From a virus (taxonomy: Duplodnaviria; Heunggongvirae; Uroviricota; Caudoviricetes): a stretch of DNA of 64,000 bases. Positions 35,209 through 44,493 of the stretch are shown here, piece after piece. The stretch lies in IMG/VR virus record IMGVR_UViG_3300033156_000141, positions 19,092-83,091 of that record; one strand, given 5' to 3'. Each line of letters begins with the position of its first letter. Positions within the stretch are counted from its first letter, which is position 1. Position numbers and translations under genes: made by a program. The notes beneath the pieces were generated by a model that saw only the letters and a program-made list of their open reading frames with translations, did not search any database and was not told where the DNA came from.

Positions 35209-35768
35209 TACATCCAAACTGTTCTGAGCTTGTTGTAAAGGTTGGATTTGAAAATATAGATGATTTAAAGAGTTTAATAAAGTGGATACTAGAGGAGACA
35301 GCTTCTGTTCTAGCTATAGTTGAATATATCTATACCTATTCTAAAGTTCCTTTAGCTGAAGACTATGACAAAGAAAGAGTATACTATGAGATCGATCCAG
35401 ATGATATTGAAATAAAAGATGTAAATGGAGAGAGATATCTTGGAATAGACATAAACAAACTACCACAAAGCTTATCAAAGAAACTACCATCATGGCTAAC
35501 ATACGGAAACATGGTATCTGTATATATTTCAAAAGGTAGGGGTTCAGTACTTCTAGATCTGGATGATGATTTTGTGGAGTTCTCTATAAGTGATGGAGAT
35601 GAAAAATCTTACAAAATATTTGCAGATATTTCTAGAGTACTTATAGCTTCACCATTTCCTAACGATGGAGGATCTATCTCATACTTTCTGGAATGGTGTA
35701 AGAAGAACGGATATGAAGACATAGTAAAGGATTGTGCATATTGGGGTTATGTAGATGATACATCCTAA
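35205..35768 (+). CDS. hypothetical protein, paralog A (starts MIHPNCSELVV)
   Basis: Shares an identical N-terminal 11-mer and a C-terminal EWCKKNGY region with 35755..36294. Confidence 0.5.
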   Translation: MIHPNCSELVVKVGFENIDDLKSLIKWILEETASVLAIVEYIYTYSKVPLAEDYDKERVYYEIDPDDIEIKDVNGERYLGIDINKLPQSLSKKLPSWLTYGNMVSVYISKGRGSVLLDLDDDFVEFSISDGDEKSYKIFADISRVLIASPFPNDGGSISYFLEWCKKNGYEDIVKDCAYWGYVDDTS

Positions 35769-36294
35769 TTGTTCAGAGCTGGTTGTTCATCTTACGGATA
35801 GCTATGAGAATTTAGAAACTATTTTACAAGAGATAATGAACATTACCAAGACTAAACTATGTGGATTTTATCAATGTATATTCTATTCAGATATTCCTCT
35901 AGCTGAGAAACAGAGTCGTAAGACCATAGTATTCCCAATATCTCTTGACGATATAAAGTTCTTTAGTGTCTTTGGTAAACCGAGATATCCTTATGTGAGT
36001 GCTGACTCTGTACCAGAAGAAGTTAGAATAAAATACCCACCATCAGAGATATTTATTGAGCTAGGTTTGACACCTGATTTCAGATCAATTATAAAACTTG
36101 AGTATGATTTTACGGCAGGCTTTCATCTGGAGATTTGGGATTGTGAGACAGAGTTATACGACCTAATAATGAAAATAGCACTACATCTAAATCGAAAGAT
36201 AGTAGATTGGAGTAGTACAGGAGACTTTACGGAATGGTGTGAGAAACATGGATATAAGTCGTTAATAGAGATAGGATGGGATGATAATGATTGA
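35755..36294 (+). CDS. hypothetical protein, paralog B (starts MIHPNCSELVV)
   Basis: Synonymous DNA differences beneath the identical N-terminal peptide; C-terminal TEWCEKHGY. Confidence 0.5.
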   Translation: MIHPNCSELVVHLTDSYENLETILQEIMNITKTKLCGFYQCIFYSDIPLAEKQSRKTIVFPISLDDIKFFSVFGKPRYPYVSADSVPEEVRIKYPPSEIFIELGLTPDFRSIIKLEYDFTAGFHLEIWDCETELYDLIMKIALHLNRKIVDWSSTGDFTEWCEKHGYKSLIEIGWDDND

Positions 36295-37087
36295 AGTGTT
36301 ATCGATACATTTTACTACTAAATGCAATTTCAATTGTCCATTCTGCTATGTTCATAAGTCTACTATAGAGAAAGATGTAGATTGGTTCTGTGATCTAATA
36401 AAGGCAGCTAGTGAATATAATATTCCACAGATAGCTATAGGTGGTGGAGAACCACTATTATTTCCAAAGATAGTAACTAAACTAGCTAAAACAGCTAAGC
36501 ACTGTGATATGAATGTATCTCTTACTACAAATGGTTCAGTAATAAATTCAGAAGTAATTGAATCATTAGAATACGTAGATTTGGTATCAGTATCGGTGGA
36601 TCATCATAAGGTTAAGTCTAATGGTTCAATACGAAACATAGCTAATACAATAAATATCTTATCTAATTTATCTAAGTTGGAAGTAGGAGTAAACTATCTT
36701 ATTCTAGATAAGATAGCTCTTGGAATCATGCCTTTAGTCTTTAATTATCTAAAGAAAGAAGGACTAAAATTCTATGCCTTGCAACCTAAATTCTACGAGC
36801 TGAATTATGAAGTTAGTGAACTAAAGAGAACCATTGAAATTTCAAGTGTATTATTTGACTTGTATGTGGATGAAAGTACAGCTCTTGAAATTGGGAAGAT
36901 AAAGCAATGTTGTCATGGTAGCAAGATAATATCAGTATTTCCAGATGGTTCAGTATCTCCATGTTCATTTAGTCCATCTATAGCTAAGATTAAAAAACCA
37001 CATGAAATACTAAATATAATAGATAGTTACTATCCTATGAAGGGCTATTCCAAATGTCCCTACATCATTAGGAGTCTTGAAACATGA
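36281..37087 (+). CDS. radical SAM enzyme with C-terminal SPASM/twitch-like Cys cluster
   Basis: CNFNCPFC (CxxxCxxC), IGGGEPLL, C-terminal CCHGSKIISVFPDGSVSPCSF...CPY. Confidence 0.7.
   Translation: MIMIEVLSIHFTTKCNFNCPFCYVHKSTIEKDVDWFCDLIKAASEYNIPQIAIGGGEPLLFPKIVTKLAKTAKHCDMNVSLTTNGSVINSEVIESLEYVDLVSVSVDHHKVKSNGSIRNIANTINILSNLSKLEVGVNYLILDKIALGIMPLVFNYLKKEGLKFYALQPKFYELNYEVSELKRTIEISSVLFDLYVDESTALEIGKIKQCCHGSKIISVFPDGSVSPCSFSPSIAKIKKPHEILNIIDSYYPMKGYSKCPYIIRSLET
37022..37034. repeat. GATAGTTACTATC palindrome copy inside the radical SAM CDS
   Basis: Perfect palindrome encoding DSYYP. Confidence 0.8.
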
Positions 37088-37220
37088 AAGCTAGAGCATG
37101 TCTAACCTGTAAACATTCAATTTTAATAACTAGTCGTAAGACTGGACAATCCTTCTATTATTGTAGACTCCATGAAAAGATAATAGATCCATCAGATCTG
37201 TGTAGTAGCTGGGAGAGCTA

Positions 37221-37523
37221 GTGGATTATCTTGAGGAATATGCTTATCAGCTCTTTAAGCGTATAAAGGACAAGTATGATATTTACGATTATTATGAGTC
37301 AGATGATTACTATGAGTATGTAATGAGCAACGATAATTTGACTATTTCAGTTGTGTCTGATCTGTCTCATAGTGTTGGAGTTAGACTCATATTTCCTTGG
37401 AGAGAAGAAGATAATTCATTGATATCATTTGAAGTATATGGACAAAGTATTGATTATGTTGTAGAGTGGATAGATAAGGTATCCAAGATAATAAAACCTT
37501 TACTACTTGCTTCAAGATTATAA
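37221..37523 (+). CDS. member of C-terminal-tail paralog family (ends ...KPLLLASRL)
   Basis: Paralog of 37535..37834 (VVEWIDKVSKIIKPLLLASRL vs VVRWIDKVYEIAKPLLLSAKL). Confidence 0.5.
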   Translation: MDYLEEYAYQLFKRIKDKYDIYDYYESDDYYEYVMSNDNLTISVVSDLSHSVGVRLIFPWREEDNSLISFEVYGQSIDYVVEWIDKVSKIIKPLLLASRL

Positions 37524-37534
37524 ACAGATCTAAA

Positions 37535-37834
37535 ATGAATTACAGAAAATATGCTATAGAACTTTGGGTTCGTCTTAAGGATAAGTATAAGCTCTGGTTA
37601 ATGCGTGAGCTAGATAGACGTTCCATAATTGATTGTGTAGACATGTTGATCATAGTTGAAGGAGACAAAGAACATACAAAGAATATCAGAGTTTCATTCC
37701 CACTAAATGAAGAGGATCGGACTTGGATAATGTTTGAAATGCATGGAGAAGATAGAGATCTCGATCATGTTGTAAGATGGATAGATAAAGTGTACGAGAT
37801 AGCTAAACCACTATTATTATCAGCTAAACTGTAA
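37535..37834 (+). CDS. member of C-terminal-tail paralog family (ends ...KPLLLSAKL)
   Basis: Paralog of 37221..37523. Confidence 0.5.
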   Translation: MNYRKYAIELWVRLKDKYKLWLMRELDRRSIIDCVDMLIIVEGDKEHTKNIRVSFPLNEEDRTWIMFEMHGEDRDLDHVVRWIDKVYEIAKPLLLSAKL

Positions 37835-37855
37835 TCTAAGTATTGGTGACTGAAC

Positions 37856-38224
37856 ATGTACCAAGGTTATAAAATATACTTGTATTTTATTTGGTATTTG
37901 TTAAATAAGTACTATACTTCAATAAACAGAAAATTCAAACACATAGATTTGTCTGAAGTTAAGGAACGATTCAAGAATATAGATTGGTACGAAGTTAAAG
38001 AGAACCTGATTGCTTGTCTGATACTTCTAGCTATTCTTGGACAACTTTTTCTTGGACTTATTGGAATGATATCATATATAGAACCGATAGAGGATCTATC
38101 AGACACTTTTATTAAATTCTGTAGAATAGTTCAATATACATGGGTTATTTGGGTATTTATCTATATTTATATTGAATGGCAGGATTATAAAGATCATCTT
38201 AGAAGAATAGCTGAGAATTTGTAG
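37856..38224 (+). CDS. small membrane protein (122 aa)
   Basis: Hydrophobic helices LIACLILLAILGQLFLGLIGMI and WVIWVFIYIYI. Confidence 0.4.
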   Translation: MYQGYKIYLYFIWYLLNKYYTSINRKFKHIDLSEVKERFKNIDWYEVKENLIACLILLAILGQLFLGLIGMISYIEPIEDLSDTFIKFCRIVQYTWVIWVFIYIYIEWQDYKDHLRRIAENL

Positions 38225-38563
38225 GTGATATTTGTGACTAATCTTACTTTAGATGACTTATTAAATGATGAGAGAGTAATTGCTATTAAAGAATATTTAG
38301 ATGGAAAATTTGGCATAGATGAAGAGAAAATAGACAAAGATACTTTATTTATTAAGCTTCACAACTTGTACTTTGTTACTATATCGTACAATCCTATGGG
38401 TTTGATAAATGTAGGATTAGTGACACATTATTATGAAGCATCTTATTTAGGAGCTACATTTGTGTCTTTCTACACGATTCATTTTGATGTGAACTATTTC
38501 AAGAAATGGATAGACAAACACTTGAAAGTATTGGATTCGGTTCTAGTAGCTCAGAAGTTATAG
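38225..38563 (+). CDS. member of C-terminal-tail paralog family (ends ...SVLVAQKL)
   Basis: 112 aa, tail motif. Confidence 0.45.
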   Translation: MIFVTNLTLDDLLNDERVIAIKEYLDGKFGIDEEKIDKDTLFIKLHNLYFVTISYNPMGLINVGLVTHYYEASYLGATFVSFYTIHFDVNYFKKWIDKHLKVLDSVLVAQKL

Positions 38564-38574
38564 AGGGAGTACGT

Positions 38575-38946
38575 TTGACAGCTAAATACAAGATTGATTT
38601 AAACTTGGAAGATGATGAAAGCTATACAGCATTCGAACAAATAGTAAGACTATCATTCTACAATTCTATCAAGCAAATTCTACTATCTAAGTATCGAATC
38701 CAAGAAGAGATTCGTAGTAAAGACTTTAGTACTATTGAATTCTTCTTAGAGAATGGATGTTATGTATCAGTAATATTTTCTGGATTTACACCAAATAGAG
38801 TTTCAGTTATATCAGATATCAAACTTAGCAACAGAGATACATATATCACTATATCTACAAGTACAATAAACCTAACAGACTTGGACAAGTGGTTAGACGA
38901 ATCTATCAACATGTTGTCTTCAATAAAGTTATCTAGGGAGTTGTAA
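38575..38946 (+). CDS. member of C-terminal-tail paralog family (ends ...SSIKLSREL)
   Basis: Start likely TTG 38575 after SD GAGGGAG (the track start 38506 overlaps the previous gene). Confidence 0.4.
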   Translation: MTAKYKIDLNLEDDESYTAFEQIVRLSFYNSIKQILLSKYRIQEEIRSKDFSTIEFFLENGCYVSVIFSGFTPNRVSVISDIKLSNRDTYITISTSTINLTDLDKWLDESINMLSSIKLSREL

Positions 38947-38950
38947 GCTA

Positions 38951-39250
38951 ATGAGCATAAATATGCTAGCTAAGCTCGTAAATAAGCTTGTTAAAGAGAT
39001 AGATGAGTTCTATATTACAAGTTTTAGTGGTGAATGTATTATCAAGCTCATTAATAATGAGCATATAGTAATAAGAATCCACAATTGGAGAAATGCTTTT
39101 AATATCAGGATAGATGCTAAAGGAAATGTGTATATGGAAGATTCTTCACTTTCTGTATCATCTTTAATTAATGATGAAGAAAGAGCTAAACGGTGGATTC
39201 TATCTGTAATTGATCACATAAACAAAGTACTTTTAGCTGGTGAGATCTAG
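38951..39250 (+). CDS. member of C-terminal-tail paralog family (ends ...NKVLLAGEI)
   Basis: 99 aa, tail motif. Confidence 0.5.
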   Translation: MSINMLAKLVNKLVKEIDEFYITSFSGECIIKLINNEHIVIRIHNWRNAFNIRIDAKGNVYMEDSSLSVSSLINDEERAKRWILSVIDHINKVLLAGEI

Positions 39251-39448
39251 ATGAATAGTATTAGCTTTCCATGTAAATACCAATATAAGAAGAAGGGAAA
39301 TCCATTTACATTGTGTGGTCTATTTCCAGATGAAGAAGTGATATGTGGAGCTGAAGGATACGAGATTTTATGTGAGAAAGCTGAGCCCATAGGTGAAGAT
39401 AATGCTAGGATTCCTGATACTAGGGTTTCTAATAGGAGTTCTGATTAG
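39251..39448 (+). CDS. small Cys-containing protein (65 aa)
   Basis: ORF. Confidence 0.35.
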   Translation: MNSISFPCKYQYKKKGNPFTLCGLFPDEEVICGAEGYEILCEKAEPIGEDNARIPDTRVSNRSSD

Positions 39449-39734
39449 CTCTATATGGGATTACTATTTTGATGGATACTTCTGTAAATTACACAGACTT
39501 AGTAACTATCTTAAGATATTAGAGCATTATCATCATGGTCTTATCCTTTTAATACTATCATTTATATTTACATATCCAGTTAATTACATTCTAACTGGAA
39601 TTGGAATCCAACTTATATGTGATGAGCGTGTACAGAAGAATCCATTTGCTCTTGGTAAGGAATATTTTAAATATTCTTCTATTATTGGGACAACTTTAGT
39701 TACTATCTTGATGGTGATGTACTATGGAATATAG
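39393..39734 (+). CDS. small membrane protein (113 aa)
   Basis: Hydrophobic helices. Confidence 0.4.
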   Translation: MKIMLGFLILGFLIGVLISSIWDYYFDGYFCKLHRLSNYLKILEHYHHGLILLILSFIFTYPVNYILTGIGIQLICDERVQKNPFALGKEYFKYSSIIGTTLVTILMVMYYGI

Positions 39735-39984
39735 AGAGATAATAAGAGAGAACATAAGAAAGTTAGTACTTCGAAAAGATAAAGCTAGTACACAGAAAGA
39801 GAAAGATAGATGTGATTTCTTCATTGGTCAACTATTGGCTGATCTAAGAGACTGGGAAGGAAGAGGAACTTGGCTTATAGAACCAATGGATAAAGCTTGG
39901 GAAAGGTATAGAGGGTATGTAAGAGGTCTCGATATTTGGGATATAATAAAGAGAATGCTAGATGATGACTGGGATTTTCCTTAA
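39724..39984 (+). CDS. hypothetical protein (86 aa)
   Basis: ORF. Confidence 0.4.
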   Translation: MEYREIIRENIRKLVLRKDKASTQKEKDRCDFFIGQLLADLRDWEGRGTWLIEPMDKAWERYRGYVRGLDIWDIIKRMLDDDWDFP

Positions 39985-40015
39985 ACACTTATAACTGTCT
40001 GTTTCCAATATTCTA

Positions 40016-40357
40016 TTGGTGTTCCCAATGAACAATGAAAATAAAAGAAATGATTGGAGACTTGATGTGGTTCAGAGACTTACACGAGTTGAAACAAGAC
40101 TTGATAATCTTTCAGAAGATATGAAAGATCTAACCAAGAGCTATAAAGACTTTAAGAAGGATTACTATGAACAAAATGACAAAATCATATCAAAGCTCGA
40201 TGCTTTGGGATTAGCTGTACAAAGACTTGAGAACATGCCTCATTGTAATGGAAATAGCATGAGTAGAAAGGAGAAAATAGCTCTGTACACAGCTCTCATA
40301 ACTGGAGTGAGTGGAATTATTATTGAAATAATTAGAGTTTTACCAGCTCTTTTATAG
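40016..40357 (+). CDS. hypothetical coiled-coil protein with C-terminal TM helix
   Basis: ORF; C-terminal IALYTALITGVSGIIIEIIRVLPALL. Confidence 0.4.
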   Translation: MVFPMNNENKRNDWRLDVVQRLTRVETRLDNLSEDMKDLTKSYKDFKKDYYEQNDKIISKLDALGLAVQRLENMPHCNGNSMSRKEKIALYTALITGVSGIIIEIIRVLPALL

Positions 40358-40424
40358 ATTCGTTATTTACTGATACTATCATCAAATACCGATAATCTTT
40401 TATACGATGAATTAAGTTAGAGAG

Positions 40425-40817
40425 GTGATTAGAATGAACGTATCAGATAAGGAAAAGATAGAAATACTTGAGAGATTTCTAAGAGCAGCTGTTGGATGTT
40501 GGAATCCAGATGCTCGAATAAAATATAGAAAAATATCCAATATGTATGAAATAAATCTACAGTGTTGTCCAGAAGTCATTACCAGATATCTAGATCAGCT
40601 TGAATCAAATGACATAAGAGTAGACTTCTATCCTTCGTTAACTGAAGATGATGGTGAGACAACACCTATTGTTGAAGTTGATCTAATGTTTGAACATCAA
40701 TACTGGAGAGATGTCTTGAGATTAGAAAATGAGAATAAAGAACTTAAGAAAGAGATAAGGAGCTTGAGAAAACAGCTAAGAGAGAAAGAAAATGCAAGTA
40801 GGAAAAATAGATCCTAA
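40425..40817 (+). CDS. hypothetical protein (130 aa)
   Basis: ORF with SD GAGAGGTGA. Confidence 0.45.
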   Translation: MIRMNVSDKEKIEILERFLRAAVGCWNPDARIKYRKISNMYEINLQCCPEVITRYLDQLESNDIRVDFYPSLTEDDGETTPIVEVDLMFEHQYWRDVLRLENENKELKKEIRSLRKQLREKENASRKNRS

Positions 40818-41085
40818 TATAGTGTTTGAAGCTGTCCGTATATATAGACAAGCATGTTCATTGCTCGAAGCTATAGAGACATTCCTTAGTCCTTTGCTAG
40901 ATTACCATAACATAGAGTTTTTGTTTAGAGAAGATTTCTTTGAACCTATACTGGATGCACAAAATGATGAGCTAATGAGATTTACTGTTCATAGAAAATA
41001 TCAGAAGGATGACTGGTTTGGGTATCTAATAATAAAAATAGATGGTAGTATTGTATTAGAGAAAGAGAAGGTTGAGGAGGGGTAA
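40792..41085 (+). CDS. hypothetical protein (97 aa)
   Basis: ORF. Confidence 0.4.
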   Translation: MQVGKIDPNIVFEAVRIYRQACSLLEAIETFLSPLLDYHNIEFLFREDFFEPILDAQNDELMRFTVHRKYQKDDWFGYLIIKIDGSIVLEKEKVEEG

Positions 41086-41230
41086 ATATGAAAAAAGAGA
41101 AGAACTGTATTCATGAATGGATAGATTCTGATGAAATAATAGATGGATTAAGAGCTAAGAAATGTAAAAAATGTGGAATGGTGATTCATAGAGTTAACTG
41201 GTTTATATTCTATTCATAGGAGGTGAAAAC

Positions 41231-41545
41231 ATGGATAAGAATGAGTTTACTAATGAACTTGAGGATCTATTGAAACGTATACACAAACACATAGAGAAAA
41301 ATCATAAAATTTCATTTGCAGCTGATCACAATGGAGAGATGAAATATTACACATTTGAGTTCTCCGATGAAAAAGGATATAGTCCAGAGCTAGCTGATAT
41401 GTTCATTAATCGGCTTAGAGAACTAACACTTCAAGCATATGAGATTCTAACAAAGGAGAAGATAGATGAGAATCCTGATCCTATGACTGTGATAGTTACT
41501 ATCTTACAGCTTGTAGCTCACAAATTGGGTGAGACCAAAGAATGA
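41231..41545 (+). CDS. hypothetical protein (104 aa)
   Basis: ORF with SD GGAGGTGA. Confidence 0.45.
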   Translation: MDKNEFTNELEDLLKRIHKHIEKNHKISFAADHNGEMKYYTFEFSDEKGYSPELADMFINRLRELTLQAYEILTKEKIDENPDPMTVIVTILQLVAHKLGETKE

Positions 41546-42048
41546 TACGCTTGATATTTTCTGGAGTACAATGTAGTGGTAAGACTACTAGATCAAGATT
41601 TGCTTATCTTCTATTGAAGTCTCTTGGATTTAATGTCGAATATAGAGAGGAAGGCATACGGGAATGTCCATATCCTATCAATGAAATCGGTAGCTACAGA
41701 TCTCAGAAATGGATAGTGGATTTCTATGCTAAGAGGGATTTAGTAGACTCAGATGCTGATTATATCGTTATGGATAGATGTAGCATTGATACTATTCCAT
41801 ATACTCTTTACTTACATGATAAAGGCAGAATGACTAAAGAGGAATGTGATAAGCTAATATCTAGATCTAAAGAAATATTTTATCAGATGTCTGGTAAGAA
41901 GATAGTGTTTTATTGTGAACCACTACCACTTGTAGATGATGGATTTAGAAGTATAAATCAAGAATATAGAGATTATTTAATTGCTAAGTTTGAATATGCT
42001 CTAAGCTTTGTGCCTGATAAGATAGTAAGGATAGGAGCGGATACATAG
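41542..42048 (+). CDS. P-loop nucleotide/nucleoside kinase-like protein
   Basis: Walker A FSGVQCSGKTT; DRC Walker B-like motif; 168 aa, the size of dNMP/thymidylate kinase-like enzymes. Confidence 0.5.
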   Translation: MIRLIFSGVQCSGKTTRSRFAYLLLKSLGFNVEYREEGIRECPYPINEIGSYRSQKWIVDFYAKRDLVDSDADYIVMDRCSIDTIPYTLYLHDKGRMTKEECDKLISRSKEIFYQMSGKKIVFYCEPLPLVDDGFRSINQEYRDYLIAKFEYALSFVPDKIVRIGADT

Positions 42049-42248
42049 ATTGGACGATGATAAGAGTAAAGTAGCTACTATAATAGAGGTAGAGGGCAAA
42101 CCAGGTGGATTCATTAGACTGTATGTTCAGACACCAAATCCAGATCCAAGAGTTGTTCTAGAAATATTTGATGAAGTAAGAAAGAGACTTGGTGACGATA
42201 GGAGATAAATGGAGAGTATAATAACAACATGTATTGAGGCTCTAGAAA

Positions 42249-42542
42249 ATGAATAAAGAATTACTAGCTATTTGGATGTTTTGCTTTCTGGTGGTCGGTG
42301 TATCTATAGTCTATATCATGACAGAATTGTCTGCTGAATGGGTAACTATACGTGCTAGGATCGTTAAGAAATATGAAAGAACAAACCTGGTGCTAGTTTC
42401 AACTGGAAAAGTAGTTATTCCTATCTATACTGAACATTACTATTTTGTAATGAATAATGGAGATACTGTGGAAGTATCATCTAGTGACTATCTGAAGTAT
42501 GATGTAGGAGATATTTATGAATACCAGAAGAGAAAGGGATGA
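42249..42542 (+). CDS. small protein with N-terminal TM helix (97 aa)
   Basis: LLAIWMFCFLVVGVSIVYIM. Confidence 0.4.
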   Translation: MNKELLAIWMFCFLVVGVSIVYIMTELSAEWVTIRARIVKKYERTNLVLVSTGKVVIPIYTEHYYFVMNNGDTVEVSSSDYLKYDVGDIYEYQKRKG

Positions 42543-42548
42543 AAAGAT

Positions 42549-43298
42549 ATGGATCTGTTTAATGAAGAAGATGTAAAGGAGTTTATGAAGAGACTACCAG
42601 ATCTAACATTGAATCCACCTACTGTTCATTTATTGATGCTAGCTATTAGAAGTAGAAAAGCTAAGGAAATACTCGGTATAAAGATAAAAGACTTGGTAGT
42701 AGAACGTAGAATAGTCAGACCATCTAACTGGAGAGAGAAATACTTTAAGACAGTGTATAATCTAGCTCTACTTCAGCATCATGGTTTATACTACTATAAA
42801 GACCTAACAATACCACTCGAAGCTAAGGCTATATACTGTACATTAACACCTAGAAGTGTTAAACATGCAGTGTCTGATCTTATGAAAGAAACCATAAACT
42901 ATATCATGCAAGGAGATGACTCTGCCAAATATCAGCTTACCAAGTTAGATGTAAGATACTTTGGATGTCTTCATAGACACAAATCCAAAGTTAGTAACTA
43001 TGTTACTCTTGATATCGACAATTCAGATAAACGTATTCTAAATGAGATACTTGATATGGTATCCTCAATACCGATCTTTATGGTCACTGAGACATCTAGA
43101 GGATATCATGTGGTTCTTGATCTTACAAAGACAGAAGATGCAGTTCAATTCTATGGACAAGAGAAGCTAATGCAGAAGCTAGGTCTTAAATATGCGAAAC
43201 ATGGACTAGAGATTCAACGTGATGCACAAGAACCAGTACCAGGCACTCTGTATTTTAAAGAAAATGGAGTTAAACATTATGTTAGAATATTGATATGA
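42549..43298 (+). CDS. archaeo-eukaryotic primase (AEP)/PrimPol-like protein
   Basis: YVTLDIDNSD (DxD) and VTETSRGYHVVLDL (sGxGxH) motifs. Confidence 0.5.
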   Translation: MDLFNEEDVKEFMKRLPDLTLNPPTVHLLMLAIRSRKAKEILGIKIKDLVVERRIVRPSNWREKYFKTVYNLALLQHHGLYYYKDLTIPLEAKAIYCTLTPRSVKHAVSDLMKETINYIMQGDDSAKYQLTKLDVRYFGCLHRHKSKVSNYVTLDIDNSDKRILNEILDMVSSIPIFMVTETSRGYHVVLDLTKTEDAVQFYGQEKLMQKLGLKYAKHGLEIQRDAQEPVPGTLYFKENGVKHYVRILI

Positions 43299-43310
43299 GG
43301 TGAATTAGGT

Positions 43311-43601
43311 TTGGGAATAAATAGCAAGATAAGACGTTTTATGTGTAAGTCTCTTGATCTACATAAGTGGCATTATGAAACACCAAATTATAGAATATGT
43401 GTTAGATGTGGTCAATGTGAAATAAGACAAAGAGCTCTATCTCCAGAAGATGAGTACTGGTGGATTACCACATTTGAGAGATGGTATAAGGATTCTCAGG
43501 AAGAGAAGAAAAGAATAGAAGAAGTACGTATGAAAGAAGCTTCAGGAAGAAAAAAGGCTATTGAATTTCTTAAGAGTAAAGGGCTGTGGAAAGGATGGTA
43601 G
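43311..43601 (+). CDS. zinc-ribbon protein (96 aa)
   Basis: CKS...CVRCGQC. Confidence 0.4.
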   Translation: MGINSKIRRFMCKSLDLHKWHYETPNYRICVRCGQCEIRQRALSPEDEYWWITTFERWYKDSQEEKKRIEEVRMKEASGRKKAIEFLKSKGLWKGW

Positions 43602-43987
43602 AGACAGATGGAGATTTCAAGTATATACCTACCTCTTCTTTAAGAAAATTTATTGAAGATTATTTCAAGAAGTATGGTATTGAAGTCGATGTAGTTGTTT
43701 CTTACATACCACATTACTCAAATACCTTAGTTGTTGTACGTCCACAGTGGGCATATTCTCTCTCTATAGCTGATGAACTATTGTCACTCGATAATCCAGA
43801 AAACATAGTAAGAACTGTGGTAAAGAATCTGTTTAATGAGATGGTCTCTTCTATGTGTCAAGTATTTAATAAGTATAATCGTAAGATAGTTCCATCTAAT
43901 TATATAGATGATTGGGTTCTGATTTATAATCCAAAGAAGCATAACCTTGATAAATTTATCAAAGTTTTATTACCATTAGATCTTTAA
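43586..43987 (+). CDS. hypothetical protein (133 aa)
   Basis: ORF. Confidence 0.4.
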   Translation: MERMVETDGDFKYIPTSSLRKFIEDYFKKYGIEVDVVVSYIPHYSNTLVVVRPQWAYSLSIADELLSLDNPENIVRTVVKNLFNEMVSSMCQVFNKYNRKIVPSNYIDDWVLIYNPKKHNLDKFIKVLLPLDL

Positions 43988-43990
43988 GAA

Positions 43991-44464
43991 GTGATAGAAA
44001 TGAGAAGTGAAGAAATACGTAAACAGATTAAGAAACTTCATGAAAGACTAGACACTATTGATAAGACAGAATACAAATTACGATCTGAGTATCTTGATAT
44101 TAAGTCCAGAATAGCTGAGCTAGAGGAGTCACTAAAAGAAGCTCTCTACGAAGAGAATCCAGATAAATATTGGAAATGTCAGGACTGTGGTAAGATATTT
44201 GAAGGAAGATGTCTATGGAAAGAGCCCATATGTTCTGTATGTCGTAACAAGAGAAAAATGAAAGTTACAGAAGAGAGACTGAAGAAGAAATTGCTAGGAG
44301 CTACTGTTATTGACTTGAGTGTTCATGATGAATTCTACATTGATGATGGATTACACTCAATTACACTAAGACTTAAGAATGGAAAGATAGTTACTATCAG
44401 TGCTTATATTGATGGTGATTATGAGTATACAGCTGTTATGTATGCAGAAGACGATAGTAACTAA
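43991..44464 (+). CDS. coiled-coil + zinc-ribbon protein (157 aa)
   Basis: CQDCGK...CSVCRNK. Confidence 0.45.
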   Translation: MIEMRSEEIRKQIKKLHERLDTIDKTEYKLRSEYLDIKSRIAELEESLKEALYEENPDKYWKCQDCGKIFEGRCLWKEPICSVCRNKRKMKVTEERLKKKLLGATVIDLSVHDEFYIDDGLHSITLRLKNGKIVTISAYIDGDYEYTAVMYAEDDSN

Positions 44465-44493
44465 AGTAAAGAAAGAAAGTGAGGAAGATAATA

